Assembly: GCA_024639905.1 (NCBI GenBank)
Contig: JAHEGE010000008.1
Location: forward strand, 12,023 to 76,022
Length of the DNA stretch: 64,000 bases
DNA from: Gammaproteobacteria bacterium
GTDB taxonomy: Bacteria > Pseudomonadota > Gammaproteobacteria > Pseudomonadales > Pseudohongiellaceae
Reading direction: 5' to 3'
Part shown: one piece after another, positions 46,703 through 54,322 of the stretch
Layout: the number at the start of each line of letters is the position of its first letter
How positions within the stretch are numbered: the first letter of the stretch is position 1
The notes under the pieces: generated by a model
The model's input: only the letters and a program-made list of their open reading frames with translations
The model's database searches: none
Told to the model about the DNA's origin: nothing
Position numbers and translations under genes: made by a program

Positions 46703-46728
46703 CTTCCTCACTAGTGGCCGTGCTCAAG

Positions 46729-49227
46729 CTAGAACTTATATTGCGCCTGCACAGACAGTTCCCGCCCCCTAAAATAGCCGAACGTTACATGTCCTCCTTG
46801 GGTAGTAACATTGCGCTCGTTCATCAAATTGCGCGCCTTCGCTGTAATTTGCCAATGATCATTAAGCTCGCGAATAAAAACAAAGTTGAGCTCGCCGAAG
46901 CCTTCTTCGATTAGATCCGGCGCCGATTCGATCCCAACCTGATCTATTCGATCCCCGTAATAGTGGTACAACAATGTTGCAGTTGTTCCTGAAAATGGCT
47001 CATAGCCAACTTGGAAATTAAACAACCAATCGGACTGACCCTGCAAAGAGCGATCGCTGCTAGTGAGAATTCCTTGCTGCTCCTCTCCTATAGTCACGCT
47101 CGACTGGATCTTAGAGATGTTGGTCTGAACATAGAAATCTTCACCGAAGCCACCAAGGAAATCTAAACGCTTGTATAGCTCTATCTCTATGCCTGTATTT
47201 TCCGCGCTCTGCGCATTGATATAAGTAGTTCTGCGGTCGCTACCATTGAAGATCGATGCTTCGATAGGATTCAGTAGTTCTTTATAGAACAGGCCGACAG
47301 AGACATAGTCACTAAAGGCAAAATACCACTCCCAACGCAGGTCGTAGTTTTTGATGTCGGTCGGCTTTAGGTTCGGATTACCGAGCACTTCTCGACGCGT
47401 GTCCGGATTGGTGAAAGAAGAGGGTGAGAGTTCTCGGAAATCTGGGCGCGATACTGTTTCACTGTACGCTGCCCGAAACTGGTGATCGTAATGTATGTAA
47501 GTTGCATTAAGCGAAGGCAGCAGCTGCTTTGTCTTGATAGCACCGACTACCTGGGTATCGGGAGAGAAAACATCATAGGTGATGCTCTCTTGAAAAAAAT
47601 CTTCCTGCCGAGCGCCGGCAGTGAACCTAAAGCGGTCGTCGAAGTTAAATTCGACTTGGCCATAAAACGCTTCCAGCGAGTTGTTAGATGAATAGCTGTC
47701 GTTAGCTCGGGTAATCTCTCGGATCTGGAAACCGCTCGGATCTATGTTCTCAGGTGTAAATATTTCTTCTAACGGCCGTTTTAAGAGCTCTAGGTCGCGA
47801 CTCACCGCGCCTTTGAACGAAAATCCAAATCGGCGAATGTCCGACTGGCGAGTTTTTTCTGATTTCACATAGCCAATTTGGGGAGTGATGATAGCGTTAT
47901 ACGGTCCGTAGAATACGGAGGTAAAATCTAAGCCAAATTCATCTGCTTGATCCTCGAGCGTCATGAAATTGCGGATATTGCCATCTACTCGATTCGACAA
48001 CTCCCCAAAAGCCCTTTTATATCGAATATTGTCAGGCGCATTACGCGTGGCATTTATCTTGCTGTAGCGCCAATTAATCACGCTCTCATGAAAATCAGGA
48101 AAAAAGTGGTCGCCTTGTACTTGGTTTGAAATTAACTCCCGCTCGACCCACTCGATATCGGTTTGATCAAGACCATCTCCAGATTCAGTAAAGCCCGTGG
48201 TACTAGATACACGATCATCAGTTTTACGAAGCCCTAACGATGTAAAGCGAATGTTTTGATTCTGATTGAAATCGATGCCAGCAGAAAAAATCGCACTCAC
48301 ATCAATGCTGTTCTCGGTCTGGGAGGTATTCAAGCCTTTCTGTTGCTCCAAACCAGTAGTGGAAGGAACAAAATCGTTGTCTTCTATCTCTGCCAAATCC
48401 CAGCTATTTGAGTAGGAAATCGATGCGAGGTAATTAACAACCGTATCGCCAGAACCGATTTCATGGCTATTCCCAAGAGAAGTGTTCGCGCTAACGTTTG
48501 CCGGCAAAGACTCGGCAGTAGGCGTATAAACATCACGGAACTGCTCGCCGATCGACTCCAGCACTTCGGGCGATTGACCCTCTCCTGTAAATTGACTGTA
48601 GGGAGTTAGCTTAAATCCATCGCCAGTGGCAGTGACGAGCTCCGCTGATGGCTGGCGTGTGCCGTCATCTTTGCCTAACCAGTCTCGGCCCCCGCCATCG
48701 ATGCGTAAGCCGTCACTGAAATTTTCATCCTGAGTCATGCCCAGCGTTGTTGCGAAATCCCAGAAGAAACCCTCGCTAGATTTCTTTGTGCGCATCTGTA
48801 AGACGCCACCACCAAATTCTGCAGGATAACTCGCTGAATAAGTCTTCTGTACCAACACACTTTCTAGAATCGAAGTTGGGAAAAGATCCATGGGGACGAC
48901 ACGATTGATCGGCTCAGGGCTCGGCAGAATCGCTCCGTTCAGAAGAGTCGTCGAATACCTAGAGCCTAAACCACGTACGAAAATGTATTTACCTCCAACT
49001 GTGCTAAGCCCAGAAACGCGCTTGAGGCTCTCTGCGATGTTAGAATCGCCAGAACGCGTAAATTGCTCTTGCCCTACCACGTTGGCGATCTGATCAGTGC
49101 CTCGCTTCTCATCTGGGACGAATTGACCTATAACGGCAATCTCCTCGATCTGCATCGGCGGCTGAGCCGAAACAACAGGACTAAGAACGAACATCATCAG
49201 GGTGATGAAGCGGGTTTGCTTATTCAC
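46729..49227 (-). CDS. TonB-dependent receptor (about 832 aa), low-GC
   Basis: Signal peptide (M)NKQTRFITLMMFVLSPVVSAQ, plug IEEIAVIGQF...SGLSTVGGKYIFVRGLGSRYSTTLLNG, terminal ...SVQAQYKF. The GTG at 49227 with a GGAG RBS is preferred over the GTG at 49239. Confidence 0.9.
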   Translation of the reverse strand: MNKQTRFITLMMFVLSPVVSAQPPMQIEEIAVIGQFVPDEKRGTDQIANVVGQEQFTRSGDSNIAESLKRVSGLSTVGGKYIFVRGLGSRYSTTLLNGAILPSPEPINRVVPMDLFPTSILESVLVQKTYSASYPAEFGGGVLQMRTKKSSEGFFWDFATTLGMTQDENFSDGLRIDGGGRDWLGKDDGTRQPSAELVTATGDGFKLTPYSQFTGEGQSPEVLESIGEQFRDVYTPTAESLPANVSANTSLGNSHEIGSGDTVVNYLASISYSNSWDLAEIEDNDFVPSTTGLEQQKGLNTSQTENSIDVSAIFSAGIDFNQNQNIRFTSLGLRKTDDRVSSTTGFTESGDGLDQTDIEWVERELISNQVQGDHFFPDFHESVINWRYSKINATRNAPDNIRYKRAFGELSNRVDGNIRNFMTLEDQADEFGLDFTSVFYGPYNAIITPQIGYVKSEKTRQSDIRRFGFSFKGAVSRDLELLKRPLEEIFTPENIDPSGFQIREITRANDSYSSNNSLEAFYGQVEFNFDDRFRFTAGARQEDFFQESITYDVFSPDTQVVGAIKTKQLLPSLNATYIHYDHQFRAAYSETVSRPDFRELSPSSFTNPDTRREVLGNPNLKPTDIKNYDLRWEWYFAFSDYVSVGLFYKELLNPIEASIFNGSDRRTTYINAQSAENTGIEIELYKRLDFLGGFGEDFYVQTNISKIQSSVTIGEEQQGILTSSDRSLQGQSDWLFNFQVGYEPFSGTTATLLYHYYGDRIDQVGIESAPDLIEEGFGELNFVFIRELNDHWQITAKARNLMNERNVTTQGGHVTFGYFRGRELSVQAQYKF

Positions 49228-49273
49228 GGAGGACTCCACACGTATATTTGTGAGCGTAGTCTATTGCATTGAT

Positions 49274-49291
49274 ATGACAATTATATTGCAA
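49274..49291 (-). promoter_or_regulatory. Pho-box-like direct repeat upstream of the low-GC TonB receptor
   Basis: The minus strand reads TTGCAAT-ATAA-TTGTCAT, then 10 nt, then TAGACT (49258-49263). This is the same box-to-hexamer spacing as at phoB. Confidence 0.35.
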
Positions 49292-49326
49292 AGCAAGCAT
49301 TCCTGGACTTTGGCTCCCTTCCAGAA

Positions 49327-49356
49327 TAAAAAAAGAGGAGGCGCCAAAGCGCCTCC
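49327..49356 (-). terminator. Rho-independent terminator after gene 49405-51234
   Basis: Stem GGAGGCGC-caaa-GCGCCTCC followed on the minus strand by a T-rich tract. Confidence 0.7.
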
Positions 49357-49404
49357 CCTTATTTTCATGCTTTAGTACTGCGAGCAAGCTGCTCGCATGA
49401 CCTT

Positions 49405-51234
49405 TTAGCTACGTGGAGGCGTAAATATCCAGCCTTGAGTCCAATCGCTCGATGCATCTTTGATAGCACCGATGTAGTCGGTATCGTCGAAGAAAGGATC
49501 TGACAGATCGGCTGCCGGAAGTCGGTTGATCGCATTGCTGTTTGACCAGCCGAATGTGCCACCGAGATCTACAGTACCCGAACTCGTGTTGGTCTGTGCA
49601 CCGAACCAATCCGCCGTAGTCCAAGGCATTCCGCTCGACTCTTCAGTTAGTAATCCAGCACATTCAGTAGAAATGAAGCTGTTCTCCATAACCAATGTGC
49701 CATTTAGCTCTGCGATGCTTGCTCCTGACAGGGTGAACGTCGCTTCGTCACCTATTCGGATGCAACCCTCTTTCGTCTGCGGGAACGATCCTCCGACGAC
49801 AGAGTTGTACATCTTCATTCCTGTGCCTTCTTTAATTTCGAAGGCGTGACCGCCAGTGTCAGGCTGGTAGCCTACGCAGGTAAGGTTTGCAATTACGGGA
49901 ATTGACCGGGGCTCCAAGAGATTGCTCGAACTATTATTGTCGGCCTCAATACAATTATCCGTTGCCGTTGACTCGATAATGGCGTGCTGGATTCGGCCCG
50001 TGTAGCCTTCAGTCCAGTCCAAAGCATCGTCATCTATACCAGTCAGTACCAAGTGCTTAGCATCAACAGTGCCGCCGAAGAACTCGATGCCGTCGTCTGC
50101 GCCATTATGGATATGGACGTAATCAATAATCGTGCCTGAGCCTACTCCCTGTAGAGCGAGACTGTTGAGCTCATTCGTTTCAGTAAAGGGATAGCCAGCG
50201 TATTTGATTTGCGTGTAAGTAATAGCACCGCTTGAATCGGTGTCTACCGGCGCATCGGCACCACCGTATTCACCACTATCGCCTTCGCCGCTAGCAATGC
50301 CGCCAGTCGGGTTCACTGTCGCAGCGCCATTAACGACCAATCCGCCCCATTGACCAATCGTGTTAAATGCATCGAAGGAACTCGATAGATCAGTTGCCAC
50401 CGTAAATACTACCGGATGCTCTGCATTACCATTCGCGAATATTGCACCGCCGCGGTCGATAACGATTGGGGCATTGCTCTCTGCAGGAGATATTACCGTG
50501 ACTCCGGCATCAAGCGTAAACCGTGTTTTATCAGCGAGAGCCGCTGTAGTGTTAGTGCCGACTGTCATCTTACCGGTTAACAGGTAAACAAAATTGTTCG
50601 TAAGATGAAGGTCGGTTGTTACCAGCCCAGTAGGTAAGTTACAGATTGATGTTCCGTTGTAGGTACCGGAACCCGCAGTAGTCCCAGCAGGGCAAGAAGC
50701 ACTCGCCTTCTCCGCAATCTTCATCTCCATCGGCGCAGCCGTGTAGGTGATGTTAGCGGCCGCGTCAGCCGCAGCGCCTGTGTAGTAGCCAACGTAAGCT
50801 TTGATAGTGAGACCGGCGAGAGAAGTGTCGTTGCCAACGAGGCCGTCTAGCACTGTCACAGACTCGCTTGCAGCGAGCGTCTTAGTCACGGTTGGGAGAA
50901 TTGATGAGCCATCCCAAGGAATCCAGATACCGCCAGACAATTTAACGAAGTAGCCCAGGTCGCCCACTTCGGCGATCACGACGATGCTGCCAGTCTTGCC
51001 TACGTCACCGGCCGCGGGGGCTATGGTAGCAACGAGGTCAGCGGCCACTTCAGCAGGCACTTCGGCCAAGTAGCTCGCACCGCCGTTTACAGTAGCGCCA
51101 CCCATGATCTTGGCAGTAGTGGCCGCGCCGGCGACTGTGAGGCTCGGCTGTGTAGCTGCTTGCGCACCGATTGTAGCGAACGCGAGTGCCACGCCCGTTG
51201 CGATCGCGCTAGTCTTTAGTAGATCGAATTTCAT
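49405..51234 (-). CDS. Secreted hypothetical protein (609 aa), probable right-handed beta-helix, TonB-receptor partner
   Basis: Signal peptide MKFDLLKTSAIATGVALAFATIGAQA. Gly/Thr/Asn-rich repeats. Blocks WGGLVVNG, EYGG, IKYAG, DDGIEFFGGTV, DDALDWTEGY. C-terminal DYIGAIKD..DWTQGW. Confidence 0.6.
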   Translation of the reverse strand: MKFDLLKTSAIATGVALAFATIGAQAATQPSLTVAGAATTAKIMGGATVNGGASYLAEVPAEVAADLVATIAPAAGDVGKTGSIVVIAEVGDLGYFVKLSGGIWIPWDGSSILPTVTKTLAASESVTVLDGLVGNDTSLAGLTIKAYVGYYTGAAADAAANITYTAAPMEMKIAEKASASCPAGTTAGSGTYNGTSICNLPTGLVTTDLHLTNNFVYLLTGKMTVGTNTTAALADKTRFTLDAGVTVISPAESNAPIVIDRGGAIFANGNAEHPVVFTVATDLSSSFDAFNTIGQWGGLVVNGAATVNPTGGIASGEGDSGEYGGADAPVDTDSSGAITYTQIKYAGYPFTETNELNSLALQGVGSGTIIDYVHIHNGADDGIEFFGGTVDAKHLVLTGIDDDALDWTEGYTGRIQHAIIESTATDNCIEADNNSSSNLLEPRSIPVIANLTCVGYQPDTGGHAFEIKEGTGMKMYNSVVGGSFPQTKEGCIRIGDEATFTLSGASIAELNGTLVMENSFISTECAGLLTEESSGMPWTTADWFGAQTNTSSGTVDLGGTFGWSNSNAINRLPAADLSDPFFDDTDYIGAIKDASSDWTQGWIFTPPRS

Positions 51235-51491
51235 AATGACTCCTAGTCTCTTGTTCGAGAGTTTTTGTATTCGAATAGCTATGTCGTGAGTGCCCGTCTC
51301 TCGGCGGCCTGTATCGACCTGACAAGAGGGTAAAAGCTGACGCTATTTCCATAGCGAGCCACCATACTAAGGTGCGAATATTTCAGTTGTGCGACCTTCA
51401 TGTGGCATTTTTGTTACAACGGCAATTTCGCCACCGCTCTATTTAGTGACCAAACAGTCACTCCTTTGTCACAATATTGCGCTACGTTCTA

Positions 51492-52148
51492 ATGATGAAA
51501 ACAACTCTTTACCCTGTTCGCGTAAAAGCCCAGCCGCTCTCCCTGTTTGAAACACCGATCGGTATTGGGGAGCTGCACGAGGCGCAAAGTCTTCTGGACG
51601 ACCTCCGTTCAGCGATAGCGGAGAATAAAAAGCGAAGCGAAGGAATAGTTCGCTCTAATGAAGGCGGCTGGCATTCAACAACCGATATGCTGGTATGGGG
51701 TGGCGGCGCCGCGCGAAAGGTTGCCGATCTGGCGATTGGCATCGCTAAACGGTTGAGCCATTTCGAAGAGGCGACTGTCGAAGACTTTGAGTGGCGAGCG
51801 TCAATGTGGGCAAACGTTACCCAACCAGGCGGGCGCAATGCGCTGCACTCTCATCCAGGCAACCTCTGGGCGGCAGTACTCTATCTCGACATGGGTGGCG
51901 AGGGCTCACTAACAGGTGGCAACTTTTATCTTGAAGACCCACGCTTCCCGCTAGCCGCCATGCATCACACTGGCTTTCGTTTCCTAGGAGGCGACGGCAA
52001 GCCGCAGAAGTATCAAGTGGAGTTGAAACTTAAGGAGGGGAATTTAATCGTGTTCCCGGCTTGGCTGCGACACGGTGTGCGCACCTACACGGGAGACCGG
52101 GAGAGGATTTCGATTGCGATTAACATCGACGCGGTGTCGCGCCGATGA
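51492..52148 (+). CDS. 2OG-FeII_Oxy_5 / TIGR02466-like putative oxygenase (stand-alone)
   Basis: SLFETPIG..., SNEGGWHS, LHSHPGNLWAAVLYL, NLIVFPAWLRHGV. This is the same domain as the C-terminus of 37469-39298. The ATG at 51492 is preferred over the TTG at 51477. Confidence 0.7.
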   Translation: MMKTTLYPVRVKAQPLSLFETPIGIGELHEAQSLLDDLRSAIAENKKRSEGIVRSNEGGWHSTTDMLVWGGGAARKVADLAIGIAKRLSHFEEATVEDFEWRASMWANVTQPGGRNALHSHPGNLWAAVLYLDMGGEGSLTGGNFYLEDPRFPLAAMHHTGFRFLGGDGKPQKYQVELKLKEGNLIVFPAWLRHGVRTYTGDRERISIAINIDAVSRR

Positions 52149-52167
52149 GGCTCAAATCGGGCGGTGC

Positions 52168-52878
52168 TTAGAACCGCTGCGACGTGGCGCGGCGGAAGCG
52201 GTAGTTATTGATCGGGTTAAAAAGGCGCGCCAGACCGCTGGTGAAGGTCAATGGACTATCTAACACAGCGAAGCACAGACACCCCTCTTCTGTCGAAGGC
52301 TGATGCTGATCGCGCTTATTCCTTACCAAGAAGTCAGACGGCCCGTAATGTCCGAACTGATCTTCAAAGGCGCCATCCAAAACTAGGGTGACTTCATTAC
52401 CTTGATGACGGTGCACAGGCACTTGGCTGCCGGGTGTCATGTAGAGGAATTCGCACTGAGTTTCATTGTCTATCTGAACCTGCGCTTGGTTAATTCCGCC
52501 GGCCAGCTTGTTCCACTTAAGGCCGTTCGACGCTGCACGGGCCAGGACGCGTGGCAGGGTGAAGGAGCGGTCAAGCATGTGGATCTCTGAAACGGCCAAA
52601 TCGTCTGAATTCACTGGGGCAGAGTTGATCTGAGGCTCCGTTGTCAGTTGTGGCAACGCTGTAATGGTGTCGATCATTCCGCTGAAGTCGGGCTCTGAAT
52701 CGCCCTCGAGCTTCAGCCACTCCATAATCGACTCAGATTCCAACTCGCTACTGCGGGTCCTGCAGCTCGAGCACAGCTCTATGTGTGCCGAGAGCGCCAC
52801 GCTCATCCCAGTAGTTACGTTGCCCTGGGCGAAATCGCGAAGAATATCGTCGCTAGGATGGAAGTTAGCAGTTGTCAT
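52168..52878 (-). CDS. chrR: ChrR-family anti-sigma factor (ZAS N-domain plus cupin C-domain)
   Basis: HPSDDILRDFAQGNV... and HIELCSSC (HxxxCxxC zinc motif). C-terminal cupin HRHQGNEVTLVLDGAF. 4-nt overlap with the upstream sigma factor gene. Confidence 0.85.
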   Translation of the reverse strand: MTTANFHPSDDILRDFAQGNVTTGMSVALSAHIELCSSCRTRSSELESESIMEWLKLEGDSEPDFSGMIDTITALPQLTTEPQINSAPVNSDDLAVSEIHMLDRSFTLPRVLARAASNGLKWNKLAGGINQAQVQIDNETQCEFLYMTPGSQVPVHRHQGNEVTLVLDGAFEDQFGHYGPSDFLVRNKRDQHQPSTEEGCLCFAVLDSPLTFTSGLARLFNPINNYRFRRATSQRF

Positions 52879-53561
52879 TGTTCGACCCCGATCATAGTTC
52901 GTAATTTCGCCACCGCGAGGCGTAGTCGTGATTTCAGCGTTCCCAAAGGTATCGCCAGTTCAGCTGCCGCTTCTTCGTGTGTGCGATCAAAAATATAAAT
53001 TTGCTCAATCACAGCCTGCTGCGCATCGGGCAAGTGCTCGTAAAGCCTCTCAATCTGCGCCACTTCAACTGCCTGTGAACCCTGCTCTTCGTGCACGACG
53101 CTCATCTCGGCATCAGATTCCTGCGGCCAGATATCGTCGGCACTAATGGTCTGCGGTTGGCGCTTCTTCTTTCGAAGCATGTCAAAGCAGCGATTACGCG
53201 TGAGCGTGAATATCCAGCTTTGCGCTGTACCCCTGTCGAGGTCGTATAAAGGTGCTTTTGTCCAAACCGTCATCAGGGCTTCTTGCACTAAGTCTTGGGC
53301 AAGCTGCTCGTTGCGCGTGAGCTTCATGCCCATGGCGAATATGCGCTTGGAGAATCTCGCGAACAGCAGGTTGAAGGCGCGCCTGTCTTGGGAGACACCG
53401 ACTGCGAGTAGCAGCTCTTCGTCGGACGGACCGTCGTCTGTTTTCACGGATTCCACCGCAGGCTTCGACGTTACTTCTTCAATACTATTCACTACGCGCG
53501 GTCTACTCCGGTGTTGAGACCGTATCGTAATCGCTTCGAGTGCTGGTGACAAACTGGACAT
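52875..53561 (-). CDS. rpoE: ECF sigma factor, RpoE(ChrR-partner) type
   Basis: Region 2 AQDLVQEALMTVW, SWIFTLTRNRCFDMLRKKKR (compare R. sphaeroides RpoE TWIFTIARNRRIDGLRK from memory), and region 4 IPLGTLKSRLRLAVAKLR. Confidence 0.85.
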   Translation of the reverse strand: MSSLSPALEAITIRSQHRSRPRVVNSIEEVTSKPAVESVKTDDGPSDEELLLAVGVSQDRRAFNLLFARFSKRIFAMGMKLTRNEQLAQDLVQEALMTVWTKAPLYDLDRGTAQSWIFTLTRNRCFDMLRKKKRQPQTISADDIWPQESDAEMSVVHEEQGSQAVEVAQIERLYEHLPDAQQAVIEQIYIFDRTHEEAAAELAIPLGTLKSRLRLAVAKLRTMIGVEQ

Positions 53562-53568
53562 GATAGTA

Positions 53569-53596
53569 ATAACGCCCCTTCTCCCTTATTAGATCA
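53569..53596 (-). promoter_or_regulatory. Candidate autoregulatory ECF (RpoE-ChrR type) promoter
   Basis: The minus strand reads TGATC-N17-CGTTAT, ending 7 nt before the rpoE ATG. Confidence 0.45.
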
Positions 53597-53611
53597 TCTG
53601 CAATTGGCTAG

Positions 53612-53638
53612 TGATCTGCCTAGCATCGAACCTCGTAT
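53612..53638 (+). promoter_or_regulatory. Candidate ECF (RpoE-ChrR type) promoter for the divergent NTF2-like gene
   Basis: The plus strand reads TGATC-N17-CGTAT, about 57 nt upstream of the ATG at 53695. Confidence 0.5.
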
Positions 53639-53694
53639 TGGCCTTAGCGATCAACTCTTTAACACTAATTACACAAACGCTCAGAGCCGCAGAC

Positions 53695-54231
53695 ATGGAT
53701 CCATCCACAATGCCTGATCACAGTGATTCAGAAAACTTATCACCGGAAATGGTCGAGTCGGTCCAGACCGAGGGTGCCACCGACGTGGCCCGCGATAGCA
53801 GCACAGACCTCGCCGCTGCGCTAAAAGCCGCCTTCGGCAGCCTCGCTGAGGGCAATACGGCGGCCTTGGCACCGCTTTACAGTGACGACGTGTATTTCGA
53901 AGACCCCTCGCACGGCATTCAAGGTAAGGCAGCCTTGTTAGAGCGTTTCCACCAGCTGTATGGCAAAGTCGAGTCCTGCTCCTTTAAGTTTCACCAAACA
54001 CTGGACACCGGCAGCGAGATATTTCTCGCTTGGACCATGATCATGCACCCCAAGGGCACAGCCGGCAGCAGGCCTGAAACAGTGAGAGTCGAAGGCGCAA
54101 GTTTCCTCAAGGTGCGCCGCAATCGCATCTACTACCACCGCGATTATTTCGATCTCGGGGCCTTTGTTTACGAAAATGTACCCGTGTTGGGATCGATCAT
54201 TAAGCGTATCAAGCAGCGCCTAGCCAACTAG
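53695..54231 (+). CDS. NTF2/SnoaL-like family protein
   Basis: About 178 aa, LYSDDVYFEDPSHGIQGK...FLAWTMIMHPKG...FLKVRRNRIYYHRDYFD, a SnoaL-like fold pattern. The internal ATG at 53695 is preferred. Confidence 0.6.
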   Translation: MDPSTMPDHSDSENLSPEMVESVQTEGATDVARDSSTDLAAALKAAFGSLAEGNTAALAPLYSDDVYFEDPSHGIQGKAALLERFHQLYGKVESCSFKFHQTLDTGSEIFLAWTMIMHPKGTAGSRPETVRVEGASFLKVRRNRIYYHRDYFDLGAFVYENVPVLGSIIKRIKQRLAN

Positions 54232-54322
54232 GCTCCAACTCGGCATCAGGCTGGCATTCGCGGCCACACGCGCTATTATCTTGGGTCAACGCTCGCACGA
54301 GCTACCGACACAGGAACAGCGC

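Noticed and set aside
51466-51483. The Pho-box-like TTGTCAC-AATA-TTGCGCT on the plus strand, and the inverted repeat AGTGAC-N6-GTCACT at 51445-51462.
   Set aside because: The box ends only 8 nt before the ATG at 51492, too close to act as a -35 substitute for that gene. It is about 230 nt from, and in the wrong orientation for, the divergent gene. I kept it only as a note.
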